A stretch of 62,318 nt of DNA, filler included, from Choristocarpus tenellus KU-1152 (GCA_964200185.2; 9 parts of 9 records of this genome joined end to end with filler, not necessarily neighbours in it), one strand, 5' to 3'. Numbered from the whole stretch's first letter, positions 24,394 to 38,072 are shown. Notes: generated by a model from the letters alone, not told the origin. Translations and numbers: made by a program.

Positions 24394-27300
24394 AACTTGT
24401 CCAGGTTCTGAGATGTACAGGCACTTGTAATATACTTCATTGTGATTATTATGCTACTGATGATGTAGGTGTGCGCTTGTCTTGTAGTCCAGCTCTGGTC
24501 TGTGCTCCTTTATTTGAAGAAAGACACTACAAAGACACTGCACCTGTGACAAGAGGATGCAGATGCAGAATGAATTATCAACGTTAGAATTCTGAAGTCA
24601 GTGATGTGGACCCTGATGGGTTTCACGCCTTCGTCTGCACGGATATGATTGCTGCCCTTCATGAGTTTCTGGGTGCCCCTAGTTTGACTCTCCTAGCACA
24701 GGATGGCACCTTGCCCTCAATTGTATTTTTTTTGTAAGTGCAACACTTCAATTTAGTATGCTGTCGTCTTTACTCATTGTGTCTCCTTTCTTGACAAAGT
24801 CATGGCATTCTCGGTAGCAGTTGATACAACTTTTGCTTGTGAATCTTTCATTAGCGTAGTGCAAGACATAGATTACAGGCTTTCAGTACCTACAGGAAGC
24901 TGCTCTTCATGCTATTTTTATGGTGTAACCTTCGCTTCCACTGATGTAAACTTGAATGTTCGAGTTGGGTCTGTTCTTGGATACTCCTGAAAGTGTTTTC
25001 TTGTTAGCGTTGATGTGCAACTATGGATAGTAGTCGATGGTCTTGAAAGACTGTTAGTGGTTGGGAACTTGAGTAGCTCTGCCCAACACATGTTGACTGC
25101 AATTTATACTGTACAGTATGTATATTTGAGGTCTGATGCCCTTACAGTCGTATTGCTGTGAATCAAGTCTGCTATAGACTGATCTCTACCCTAAGTCTTG
25201 AAATCATGTTATACTCAGGAATTGATGTACTCTTCTGCCTCCTCTAGCATGGGCCTGGTTAATGTTCCCACTCAACTCCACACTCTTGCTCTGCAAAAGC
25301 ATCCATCCACCACCATGCACCCAACTTATGAGCAAACCAGAAGAATCTAGCCATGCCATCAGTTACCCATGTGCACACAATTTGCCCATATTGACCTGGT
25401 GGCTGATTGACTGCGCCATCGTCCTGCTCTTCCTCAAAAGGCATGGTCTAGTCCCAGGCTTGTTAACACCCAGGTCTGCCAATCTAAGCCCCGTGTCCTC
25501 ACTTTTGGTATTGCAATATACACTAGTAGTTGTGGATGGATATTGTGCTCAACCACAATTCCAACTCAATAAATTGAGCCTTCAACATAGAAAGTCCATG
25601 ACCTCAACTGGTTTGCAGCATGGCTCTAGTATTTTGGTATGTTCAGAACATTCCTTAGGATTATCTCTTGCTACCTGAGTGAAATCTATCTGCTGATGAT
25701 TGAATTGCATGGTACCTCACACCCTCACTACATACAAACTGCTTCCATAACATAAAAGCCAAGCCCTCTTTTTTGTTATGCCCTGACTCAGGTATATTAC
25801 GTGAGGATTGAGGCATTGTGTTGTGCAAGTAGAGTTAGGTCTTTTGCCTTTTAAGTTTTTTTGTCTTCCTTGACCCTGTGAGAATATTGGTCTCTTGCTT
25901 TTGCTGTGCTTTTAGAACATGTCTGTTCTATTTTGTTCTTTTTTATATTGGGGACATGGAATGCTGGTGTGAAAAGGCTACCTATTAATCATAATTCAGT
26001 GTCTACCTACACAGTGCTATATTCTAGTATGTAATATGGATAATTTTATGGTCCCGTGTTGTATAACTGAATTACAGTAGGTCTGTGCAGAGACTCTGAT
26101 CATGCTGCGTTGATTTTGGGGTGTATAGTGTTACGAATCGAAAGAATTTCGAGTTTGTTAAATTGGCAAACAACTTTGATGTAATGTGCTCAGTTATAAT
26201 TGGAACAAGTGCAGAAGCGTGAAGTCTTGTGAGTGGTAAGGCCCCCTTTATTGTGAGGGGTCCAACCAGCGGTTGAAGATTTCTGAGGTACTCTTGTTGG
26301 TGTACCCTTTTCCTGCTACTTGTTGTATTACCTTCATGTTATGTCCGAGAGGTTTTTTGCACCTTTGATATGTCCATTGTGATAAAACGGGAAAGAGTGG
26401 CCATCACTGGTGCCTTCCAGCAATTAACAAAAGAGTCCATAGGCTACTGACCGCTCAACCCAGGACCTTCGTCCTTCTTCCCACCCTCCTCCAAGCAACC
26501 CACAAAATGCTTCCTTGTGTTCAGGTGTGGAGTTGTGGAGGTGGTTTCTTGGATCATCAATTGTACTTTTTGTTTAAAGCAGGTGGAAATGAGTTGAGAT
26601 ACTCTTCAGACTGAAGGGGAGCAGGAAGAAGACCTACAGGAGGATATGGAAAGGAGAGAGATGACAACGAAGGGCAGTCAAGCCAAAGAAGGTCACTCAG
26701 TGGAGAAGCGACTGGGCAAGCGAAAGAGTAGGGCTTGGAAGTTTCCCTCAACATCCTTACGCTGATGTCATCAGGAGGAATTGTTCTGTTTGCATGTAAT
26801 ACTCATTACAGAGGAACAGTCTCCAATGTATAATTATCATGGAAGGGCACCTCGAGGCTATGTTATCACCCTCCCCCTCTATTTTGACCTGATATCATAC
26901 CACGACAAAAAGAGAGGTAGGTGGAAATTGAGGAAGTGCAATAAATGAAGTCGACAGAAGTAGGTAAGAGAAATGCTTACGATAAGAAGTATATTTGTCT
27001 TCCAGTCAGAAAGTATTATTTTGAAAGAACAAAGAATACACTTAGTATTACTCTGGATAAGATTACTGTTGGGCATGACAGATGCATACAAATAAACATC
27101 TGCTGTATGGCAGTGAAATTGGAGATGAAAATATAAAATGTGAGGGCGCCTCACAACTTAGTGTTGCGACTAAGAAAGATTTTTGTGGAAACCAGTATGT
27201 TCCAACTCATGTTGATCAAGAGTAAGACAAGGAAAACAAATCTTGGCTCGAGGAAGATCACGATTTCTAGCATATATCGGATGTAACCACCACATATGGT

Positions 27301-28376
27301 CAATTCTTCAACATGAAAGAGTACGGGCAAGGAATGGCAGTACTTGCTGAAGGGCATGGGTTGGCCCAACCAATTTGCAATATTCTCCATACACTCTATC
27401 AGAGAGATTCGCAGCAAGAGAATGGAATATCTCCTTTAATCAGCAGCAGGGGATAAAGCAGGGTCTGCAGGGGTGGGCAGCAAGGGTGTCCATCGTTCGG
27501 GTCATGGCTGCAGATCGGCTAGAGGCCCAGCCCATGTTAAAACAGATAATGGTTATGGATTTGGTCGTGTTTGGACTTGATCATACACGGTCACCTCAAA
27601 GCCCAGCTATGTTGAAGCAGTGACAGCCATAGTCAGCCAGTGTCCGCCTATGTTAGAAAATTTAACCTATAGCCGGCCAGGTCAAGGATGTCAAAGAGAC
27701 CCATCTGCTCTAAATATTAGGTATCATTTACTAAAATTTCAACTGTGTGAAACAAAAAAGGCAGTGGAATCATAGAGAACAAGTTTGGCATAGCCAAACA
27801 TTTAAGAAATACTACAAAAATACATCATGAATTCTAACAAAGTAGTTACGAATCAGGAAGGTTTCAAAGGTTCTCAGCTTTGTGTACGGAGATAGAACTT
27901 GTGAAGTCATGATAACAGTTGGTTGAGGAGACGTACTACAAAATGGAGAAATATGTAGGGCATGGGTAGCTAACATGGACACAAAAAATAATCCATGTGA
28001 GGTTGTATATACACCCACAAGGATCAGTTCGTTGGCACGCAGCTGATGCGGAGACACTTCCTTGATCGACTTTCTTCGAGACATTTACGCCGCTGGGAAT
28101 GTTCTAGGGGAGAGGAAGGGGTGCATTATCGGTCAAGGTTGGGGCGAAGCAGATAAAGAATTCGGAAGTGAGGTAGGTCTGAAGGGCAGATGTGTTACCT
28201 CCTCTTATGTTTAGGCAGATCAAGGTGTTAGTGGGGGATTACTCTGACAGTTCAAGAACTTTGGCAGGTTCAGGCCTCCTGTGTTCCAGTGGGACAACAT
28301 GAGACTAAAGCAAGTGACTGGAGCAGCAAGTTTGTAGGTAATATTCATATGGGAGAAATGCGAATGGTAGAGGAAA

Positions 28377-28553
28377 GACCCAAAGTATCTGGGGGGAAGG
28401 GGGGTCTAAACCAGAATGTCGATTTGGACCAAAACCAGGAAAAGTGCACTTTCATTATCCATCCAACGCATGGAACTAAATCACCCAAAAATCACGACAT
28501 GAAAAAATTGGTCCCAAATGGACAGCCGCCACCCCCCTTAGATACTTTGAGCC
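28377..28553. mobile_element. MITE family A (~175 bp), full copy
   Basis: TIR GACCCAAAGTATCTGGGGGG...CCCCCTTAGATACTTTGAGCC; non-coding interior. Other full copies: 32989-33164, 38468-38642, 40059-40234, 53302-53486, 58978-59159. Partial copies: 9226-9313, ~28915-29066, 45709-45823. Confidence 0.9.
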
Positions 28554-28581
28554 AAGGGCCAGGCCTCAGATGAGAGGGGTG

Positions 28582-28641
28582 TGTACAGATTTCATTCGAC
28601 TGGGGAGGTGCACATTTGGCAACAGGTGTCACTTCATACAT
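28582..28641 (+). other. Isolated CCCH zinc-finger motif in degenerate coding-like sequence
   Basis: Translates to CTDFIRLGRCTFGNRCHFIH, i.e. C-x8-C-x5-C-x3-H. No intact surrounding ORF. Confidence 0.6.
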
Positions 28642-29066
28642 AAAAAAAAAGAGTAGGCCATGGGGAGGAAGTTAAGCTCCAGCTTGGGGGGGGAGAAGCC
28701 AGGGTAGTTTGACAGGTTTTAGTGGATACGAGGGGGGGGGGGGGGAGGGGGGGAAGGGGATTCGGGGGGGGGGGGGGAGGNNNNNNNNNNNNNNNNNNNN
28801 NNNNNNNNNNNNNNNNNNNNNNNNTTAATTAATTAANNNNNNNNNNNNNNNNNNNNNNNNNNNNNNNNNNNNNNNNNNNNCGGGAAGAAATACTCGCGCT
28901 ACTCGCCTGTAACAGGTCTGCACCAGGGTGTCCGTTTGGCTCATAACAGGAAAAGTGCACTTACATTATCCATCCGACATATGCAACCAAATCACAAAAA
29001 AATCGCAAGATGAAAAAAATGACCCCAAACGGACAGCCGCCACCCCCTCCCAGATACTTTTGAGTC

Positions 29067-30250
29067 CCTACTTTCTACCTTGACACCCATGCTCGTACCC
29101 ATTGGTTAGACCTCATTTATACTACAAAGGCTGCTACATTCCATCTCCCTTCCCTCTAACTCAAGTGTTCCAATGGTTTTCATCTTCATCGTTTGACCCA
29201 TCCTGCTTTTGTGTGAGTGGGAAATACTTCCCTGGTTTTAGTCTGGGTTGTCTTGTTATTATCCTAAATGCCACTGTCACTTGATTCTTTCTTCATGGTT
29301 GTCTCTACCTTGCACCGTCCTGTCTTTGCTTCCCTTCATCTGGTTTCTCAGTCCACGGCTGATTTACCCACCTCTATATGATCTCTTCATATCCTTCCTG
29401 ACACAGCTGACACTGGTAGAATTATTGTTTGGGCAGTTGGAAGGTCAAGAGCATATTTGTGGAAGTATGGGAAGTTCCACATATACTAGTCTATAAATCC
29501 TGTCCCTCTCTTTACCAACTTGGTTGCCCTCACTCCCCAACCAGAGCCACATGCACTCTACCCCTCCCTTCCTTTCTACCTCCTCGCTCCTGGGGTCAAG
29601 GCACATTCTCAATTTCTGGTGGATATATCTGACGCACTATTCCCAAACCCACTTTGAGCAAACGAGACGGAATTTGTTTGTGGGCAGGTGAAGGGTAAAA
29701 GTTTGTGAAAGAATGCAATATTTATAGCTTACCCCCTACTGTACCAACTCAGTTGCTCTTACTCCCGGATAGATACACCAATAATCTATGCCTGTGTCAA
29801 CCTCCAACTCTGACTCTTCTGGTCTAGCCAGATACTTGAGTTCTTGTGTTTACTAACATTCCCCCCTTTTTTTTATGCATATGACGAGAGGGTGTAGCCA
29901 GTTTTCAGGCATACTTTGGCTGCATCTTACCCAACTCTTTATCTTCCCTTCCTTACCCAGGGATTACTCTTGTCTTTATTCCATACATCAGAGAAGTTAC
30001 GTTTGATTATAGTAGAATCCTTTTATTATCTGGGAAATCCATCTGCTGATGCATTCTTCCGTATTGGTCTGTATCCTGTCAACTATTGACAACCTTTCCC
30101 CCCTTAAACTTCCCTACTACCACATACCAACACCAGTCCTGGCTACCTTCTTCCCCTATCCTGACATGTCTTTCGATTGATCCCACTGCTGTTGTCCGAT
30201 CCCCCCTGACCCCCTTCTCCATTACCTCGTCTTTGGTGTAATATCGACAG
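29067..30250 (+). pseudogene. Probable decayed non-LTR (LINE) reverse transcriptase relic
   Basis: Broken frames with YAYD (~29874; degenerate YADD) followed by VESFYYLG (~30012), in the order expected for LINE RT motifs. Similar C/T-rich sequence resumes at ~31650-32400. Confidence 0.35.
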
Positions 30251-31269
30251 TCACACCAACTGCCAATAGAAAAAGGGTCCAGGGCAGACTTCGTAGGACC
30301 TGTGAACCAATGTTACAAAACGCTCTGCAAGTCTACCATGACGGGATATGTAGCTCCAATCCACAAGCTTGTAGGAGGATGATGAGGCTCGTAGAGGACG
30401 CCTTAATGGAAATGCCATCAGATATGCTGGGATTCTCACTCTGATTTTTCACTTTATTGCATTGATTTGGGTATTCAGAAAGGACTGAACAAACACGAAC
30501 GAGCTATGAAAGGTACCATAATGACTAAATGGCGAATAAAGGGTAAGACGTAAAATATAAATCTAGGATTCCAAGGTCATAATGGCGTTTATGAAACCAA
30601 TGAGATCCATCGCCTATGACATGCCCCCCCAGCATGAAGAATAACCGTTTCAACCAGAAGAACAGGAGGTTGGACAAAGAACTAAAATGCTACTCCTTAT
30701 CCAATCACGAATGCAGCAGAAATTAAATGAATGTTACTTCCAGGTCCTAACATATAAGTAGGCAGCGTTGGGGATCCAGCGGAGGAGGAAACCTGGAGAA
30801 GAAATACCCTTCCAATGTTTGCTCTGACGATACATATGCTAGCATGACACTCGCACGTCACGGCACTCACTCTGCATTTGACCCAGAGTTCAACGGAAAA
30901 CCTCCTACACCAGAGTATTAATATTCATGTAAAAAAAGGGCACTGCCATAAAAACTCTGATTCAATTCAATGGAGAGGTAGGCAAGGTTTCATTTTAATG
31001 ATCTGGAGAAGGGGAAAAAACATGTCATTTTGTACCATTGCAGAAAGAGCGTTGGCTGAATTATGGTGTCACTTTTTGTGTGGAAAGGGGGAAATATCAA
31101 TTTTGTTCACACATTTATTGTGCACAAAAAGCACTGAAGTAGAGTGTATTGCACAGGGTAAGAGAGATGGCTTAGAATGCAAAAGGGTCCCAACTACCGA
31201 CTTCTCAATTGTTATAACTTCCTCCTCCTTTCAAAGCCGTGGATATAAATAATACAGATAAAATCACAT

Positions 31270-31645
31270 GAACAAAGAAGTAAGGTACTGCTATAGAATG
31301 ACTCTCCCTTCCTAAGAACAATGAAAATACAAAAATACAAACAAGAGTGTCTCACAATAACATAGAGACAGGGTATTGTCATAGACAGACTCTCCCCCTT
31401 CACAGCCATTAACATAAATTAATATAGACGCAAAAATCACAGGAACATTGAAATAGGGTACTATCAAAGAAAAACTCCTCTCCTTAAGAAATATAAACAC
31501 AAACAAGTACACAAGACGCAAAAATAATGCCTACAGTCACATAGAAGTAGGGCACTGTCGTAGAAAGACTCTCCCCCGTCAAAAACACAATCACGTCTCA
31601 CAGTCACATACAAATAAGGTACTGTCATAGAAAAAGTCTCCCTTC
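31270..31645 (-). repeat. Array of five degenerate ~34-bp repeats with variable A-rich spacers
   Basis: Consensus on + is AA.TAGGGTACTGTCATAGAAAGACTCTCCCC.T, at ~31277, 31367, 31452, 31545 and 31612. Confidence 0.8.
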
Positions 31646-32988
31646 ATTGTCACCAAATCTAGTAGGGTTTTGGGGCCTACTCATCCATTTTTACGTGGAT
31701 CTTTCTAAACCAGCCCATCTCCAGTATAATATTATTGGGCTTTGGAGGTATCACACAGTCTGAGTATCCCATGCACTCGCTATCTGGTCTTACCACTGCA
31801 GGCTATGCCTTCCCCGAACCTTGCGTATCAGAGTCCCTGACTTCCCCTACTCTCCTTGCATTTGCCACCCTTAGTAGCTACCCTTCTTTTCTTAGGTACC
31901 TACAGAGATTTGCCCTACACCATCCGCCATATCTATCTTACCCACCACACTTTGCTCATCTTTAGCTACCTTCCACTCCAGATATGACCTGGGGAAAGAC
32001 CGTAGTATCAAAGATTTGGAAGCGGATGAGTTAATTTGGCAGGCAGTATCCGAATTCTCTCTTTTGGGCCCCACCATTATCGCTCTGGCATATTGATTAA
32101 TACATTTCTAACATGTTGGAGGTTCCTGAATACTACCTACCTACCATTCACCACCTTCACCCTGGTGTCTTGCGTGTTGTGATATTGCAGGAAGCCAATG
32201 CCATCCTAGTAATGCGACCTCTACTATATCCTCGATTTGCACCCCTTCCCAATGCACTCACACCGCTGTAATTCCCATACTCCTAACCTTCCCTACTTCC
32301 TCCCCTAGAAATGGCTCGAACTCAAAAAATGTGTCCCCAAGGATACTCCCCTCCTAACTCTAAATAGTTCCACTGTACCTACAATCTTCAGACCTATCCT
32401 TTGCTGAGACGAGCATGATCATTGATAGTAGCTCACTATTTCGACCTTGGTACTATTTTCTAAGTGGAAACATTAGGTGGGGGGGTGGGTAATCTGACAG
32501 CTTGTATCTTCTGGACGGTGTTCATTTATGTCAGGTGTAACTGGTATATATGTGTGTGTGTCCTTTGCTCCACAGCACCATATAACTAGTCAGGTATCGA
32601 TCAGTTAAAAAATATTGTTCATGCATGGTGGACATGAATACTCTGCGTAACCCATTATCAACTAGTGCTGAGGGTTACTCTAAACATAGGGACGGCTGGC
32701 TATGATATCCATGTGTGCTCCTACTAAGGGTGACCAGTGAGTTGCCTCGACATTGAACTAGTGCATAATATAATTATCTGGCTGGAATCTGGTTGGTAAT
32801 GCCTTGTAGTCAGAATGATAAATTCTACTCCTGATCCCGTCTACAACACATCCCCAACGGTGATTGTCATACCAAGCTACCACCCTACATTTTGACCCAA
32901 TCTGCTCATATTTGTCGCTGATGCCAAGGAATATCCCAACTTGTAACCAATTAGCGTAACAATTACAACTGATCACATTAATTTTAGA

Positions 32989-33164
32989 GATCCAAAGTAT
33001 CTGGGGGGGGGGTCTATACCAGAGTGTCCATTTGGACCAAAATCAGGAAAAGGGCACCTTCATTATCCATCCAACGTATGGCACCAAATCACCCAAAAAT
33101 TCGCGACATGAAAAAAATGACCCCAAACGGACAGCTGCCACCCCCCCCCTACATACGTTAAGCC
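32989..33164. mobile_element. MITE family A copy
   Basis: GATCCAAAGTATCTGGGG...ACATACGTTAAGCC; interior matches 28377-28553. Confidence 0.85.
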
Positions 33165-34699
33165 AGCGTCAGAAACGGACGCCGGCACCNNNNNNNNNNN
33201 NNNNNNNNNNNNNNNNNNNNNNNNNNNNNNNNNTTAATTAATTAANNNNNNNNNNNNNNNNNNNNNNNNNNNNNNNNNNNNNNNNNNNNGACGAAGGCGA
33301 ATCTCCAGTGGCGACTGAGGCTAGAGTGGTGGGGTCTGAGTCAGGAGGTCCCACCTCCAGTCCTGCCAGCGTCACCCCTGAAAGGCCCAGACATGAACTA
33401 ACCTCTACTGGATCTGGGGGGAGACCTTTGCCCCAGAGTTTCCCTATTTCTCCCCCCCAAAAAAGAATGCTAGATGGTTGGGTCTCTCCATAACTTCTCC
33501 TGTTTGCAGTATATGGACCCCCATCCAATGATGTGCTTCAAGACTTTGACGTGAGTGTGAGAGAGGGACCTCCACAAGAAGGGTTCACGTCATCATGTGA
33601 CTTAAGGAAGGATGAGGGATCGGTGGAGTCCTCTTCAAATGGAGGGTACGAAGGCAATCAGGGGGGTCTGGGCTAGTAGCAAACCCAGGATCGAGGAGCC
33701 GATAGCAGTTACGGAAGGCTGCTTAGAAGGACATAAAGTTAGAAGCAGAGTCAAGGGAAAAAGTAGGATGGATGACCACATTATTGGTGCCTCGTATCCA
33801 CATTGGATGATGCGGCTAGAGACATGAGGAGACACGTAGACATAATGGCAGAAAAGGCTACTGCTAGGGAAGATAGGCACAATTTTGACGGAATGCTTAA
33901 GACTGCTAAGCAAGCTTTGAGGACCCTTCAGAAGAGTGGTGATGCTGTTGAGGCAGAGTTCTGTAGGAAACGGTATGAGCAACTGGTGGCAGTGAGGCTG
34001 GGCCAGAATATCGGTGGTGCTGGGATTAATTGGAAAGTGGTGGGACAGTGGTGAAGGGGGGGTTGAATTGGGGGCTTGGGGGACAGGCCGCAGTAGTGGG
34101 GGGATAGACTAGGGGAATCAGTTGTGACAACACAGCTATCAGTGTAGCGCTCAGTAGTCTTTGACAGCTGTCCTGTGCACATAGGTTTACCATCACGCTG
34201 GACAGCATTGACAAATCTTTGTTTAGATTTGAGGTATTTTTTTATTTAATAGAATTTATTTTTGTGTCAAGTCCTCTAATATTGACCTTCTAGGTGCACT
34301 AACCAAAGCTGTCAACCCTGATCTTGTATCATGACCTTGAGCAAAGTTAAAATAACGATGATGATCCCAGCGCTCTTCAGAAGGTTGGTTAGGGTATAAT
34401 ATTATCCACTGCTCAGAACGAAGTGAGTTGCTCTTGTCCATGAGAACAAACTTTACCTAACTATAATTGTCACAATCAGTGGCATTAATCATTCCTTCTG
34501 TGGAAATTCAATCACTCTCTATATTGTACTGACAAATGACTCTTTGTCCTGTATTACTTTTTCCTACCTCTTCTTGTAAGTACTTCACAAAAGTACAATA
34601 CCAATTGTACCGTTACCTATCACACAAAGTGTCAACAGCGCAAAACGCAAAGCACTGTTTGACAAGCAAGATTCCATTATCAGGACCTCATATAAACAA

Positions 34700-35520
34700 C
34701 CTCTCCGTTTTCTTCCTTGTACTTGTAGTGTGCTGTGAGCTTCTTCCTATGCCCATCAAATCCCACCTCCCTCTCCACATACTCTCCAGATCCCCCTCAT
34801 CCCTGGTCCCTTGGTATGCCCATCCGCTTGAAATCAGTGTAAGGGTCACTGTAGAAGGCATCATGCAGACCAGCATCCCCTGTCCAGTCACTGTTGCCCT
34901 TCAACTCTCCAAGGCCATTATATGAATGAAGCATGTTTTGCAATATGCAACAAGTGAAAATATGTTACCTAGTTCTTCCTGTGCGAATATAGTAGTGGCA
35001 GTTTGAGGATTATGAAGCGGCCCTTGACTCTCTCAAAAAAGCACTTGACATCCTTGCATACACTCTCCACTCGTTGGCTCCACCTTGCCTGCGCCTGTGT
35101 GACAGATGCCCTGAAGGGGCATAGTGTGCACCTCCACTGCAAATGCAAAGATCGGGGTGGGCAATGAACTTTTGACTTGCTAGTTTCATGAGCACTCATT
35201 ATTACAGGAGCAATAAATAACATAGGCATGGCCCTACAGTCACGTATTTCTTGCCACCTTGTGGTAGCCCCCATTGACAAGGATATAGGCTCCTTTCACA
35301 ATGTAATAGTTCCCGTGGGAGTCCTTAAGGTTGTACTCCAGCTGTCTGTACGTGGGGTTAACCCTAAATTTCTGGATAGCACCATCATATCGAGTGATTA
35401 TCTCATCGTTTTTGGCTGCAGGAAATCCAGCAGTCACTCCCCGTGCAAATCCAACATGATCAACAGTCAATTCATAGGCGACCGTCACGTAACCTATTGA
35501 GGTAGCCCTTTCACACACAA
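34700..35520 (-). mobile_element. PIF/Harbinger DDE transposase relic with spliceosomal intron
   Basis: Reads GYVTVAYELTVDH...GFPAAKNDEIITRYD...GAYILVNGGYHK | intron 35257..35137 (GT..CAG) | WRC...RWSQRVESVCKDVKCFFERVKGRFIILK, then after a frameshift FTCCILQNML. This is the DDE_Tnp_4 layout, with the catalytic D and E apparently mutated (N, K). Confidence 0.8.
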
Positions 35521-36510
35521 ACTCTACTGACGGGTATGCCCACCTTCAGCTTCACGGGTATGACAGGGCGTCCGGTGGCGTCTGCCGTTCGAAAACCAAG
35601 TCACCCCTGCCTTTGTTCCTCTATTACTAAACCTTCAAAGAAAACAAATGGGACACGGAATCGGCTTGTAAACTTCAGCTCCTCCCTCGAAGTGACGTCT
35701 CTCAGAGCTTCCTCCCTACCCAGCATAAACCCCTACGAGCTCGCCAGGAAAATGGGGCGATTGTGAGGGATGCGAAACCCGTGAAAGAATGGATGTTCTT
35801 CGTCCTCATCCTCCTCGTCTATCAAGCGTAGATGAGCATTATCATAGTTCCGTTTATCATCTGCCTAGATCTTGTGCAAATTTACCTTGGGAGGTAATGC
35901 TGTTTGTCATTAGTGAAAGACAAGAAAGTGTGAAGCCTCATACGACCCCCTTTGCTGAACGTGATTACATGGTTGAAATTAGAGGAGTGACCTTTGTGGG
36001 GTGTCTTCCCATTGCTTGTTACTATTCATTTGTGCTTCCTATCTAAGTCAACGGTTATGTCAAAGTAGTTGAATGCGGAATAAATACCAATACATAATCC
36101 CATACATAATCCGGATGNNNNNNNNNNACATGGACTCAATTCAACACAATAATCTCATATACACAAAATAAGGTACATTTCACTATTGTACTATTTGGCA
36201 CACTCCCCCATGAGAGTGTAGGCAATGAAAGAGGTACAGGAACTCTCAAACCTAAAATATCTTATTGCGCACACTCCCCATTCTGCACACTCCCCCACAA
36301 GAGCGGAAGTAAAAGACGTCAGATGGTTCAACTCTCACACACATCACATTTATCTTGTCAACGCAGTAAAAGAACACTGATTGCTTGAACTCTAACATAC
36401 GTCATTCATCTAGTCAACACAGTGTCTACGAAGTCTTCTACCTGCTTCTTCCGTAATATTTTGGTCAAGATGTCTGCAAGTTGGAGTGCTGTGGGAATAT
36501 ATTTTGTTTT

Positions 36511-36844
36511 AAAAAATCCTCTGCTAATATACTCCCTGGGGCATTCTAGTTTGATGTGACATGCCTTGTCCGTCCATTGAAATTATCCGATGGATATCAC
36601 TGCTAGAATTGTACCTCGATTATCTCCATACCAAGTCGTGACCCCTTTCAAATATGTCCAGCTCCCCCAGGATGCCTCAAAAATTCCTCTGCTAACATAC
36701 TCCTTGGTGCATTCTAGTTTGATGTGACATTCCTTATCCGTCCATTGAAATTATCCGATGTTTATCGCTGCTAGGATTGCACCTCGATTGTCTCCATACC
36801 AAGTCGTGATCCCTTTAATATGCCCAGCTCCCCCAGGATGCCTC
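36511..36844. repeat. Tandem duplication (~167 bp x2) inside copia RNase H
   Basis: 36511-36678 and 36679-36844 are near-identical (AAAAA.TCCTCTGCTAA...CAGCTCCCCCAGGATGCCTC). Confidence 0.9.
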
Positions 36845-38072
36845 TGAGGAATTTTGCATGCCTCATTCCATGCATCATCGCTGTCCATTCTGCCTCTGAT
36901 GAAAATGTGGTTACAGCTCCTTGCATCTTGGATTTCCATGTAATTGGTGCTCCATTCATGAGTATCAGATACCCTGCCACACTCCGCCTTGAGATGCAGT
37001 GTCATTGCCCCAGTCTGAGTCTCCATACTCGACCAGGCCCCCATTGTCGATTTCACCACCAGCAGGATAGTGTATCCCTACTTTCGTGGTGCCCGCTAGG
37101 TATCGCAGAACATGTTGTAGTCCTTTCCAGTGTCGATTGCATGGAGATGCTGCCTATCTTCCCAGTTCCCGCACACTATTGGATAGGTCTGGTCGAGTCA
37201 TCCCGGCTAGGAAAATAAGTTTCCCCAGGATGGTGCAGTAAGGTTTGTACCTCTGGTATAGCTCCTCCTCATCAGTTCTTCTTGCGGTCAGGTCCATTCC
37301 TGGGTTTGAACTGCCCCCCCTTTGCTGCTTGTCCTGTTGACGTAGCACTCACTCCCCCAGGCTTGAAGCCTATCATATTTGAATGTCTTGTACATCCTCT
37401 CGTTGAGTGAAGTCCTTTGCTAACAACCTTCCTCGCCAGGGTGCCTCTGATATGAAAGATGATTCTTGGTGGTCTGGAGTAGATATTATTTACTTCCCAG
37501 ACTTACAAGTAGTCTTGTGCAGGCAGCCCTTTGCTGACAAACTTCCTCTGGTTTTCTTTTCTGGCTCCAACCCTGGTCCAGCTAATTCCTCCGCCTGTTT
37601 AGACGGTGTCGCTCTCCTCTGGTGACAAATGATCTGAAGGTTTCCTTTACCTCCACAGTTGTAGCATATTCCTTCGAAAGAACTAGGACCAATATGCTTG
37701 ATCAGTCCACGGTTTAAACATCTTCTGTTGGTCCTGATCTCGTCTCTGGTAGGGGATCCTGCTGTAATATGGTCTGTTTGTTGACCAGTTGTACCTTGGC
37801 CACCTCCTCCGCTGACCTGCTGTGTTCTCTTCCATGAGTTTATGGTCCCAGCGGCTAGAGTGCTCCCAGGCTCCCCGTGGTTAGCTCCTCCTTTCCTTTC
37901 TGGTGGAGGCGTAGTTACTGCTCCTGCTAATGTCCTGCTCCCCTAGTGGCAGGTACAGCAATTGCTTTTCTCACTCCGTAAGCAAGAATCTTGGGGTCTC
38001 CAATCGATGGGCGTGCCCCCTTCAGGGACAAGTGTTGTAACGACTGCTCTATGTCCATAGGCAGATTCTTGT

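Noticed and set aside
25150-27620. Possible degenerate retroelement
   Set aside because: Only short broken ORFs with no diagnostic motif.
31270-31645. CRISPR array
   Set aside because: Repeats are degenerate, spacers vary in length and partly resemble each other, there are no cas genes, and the context is eukaryotic.
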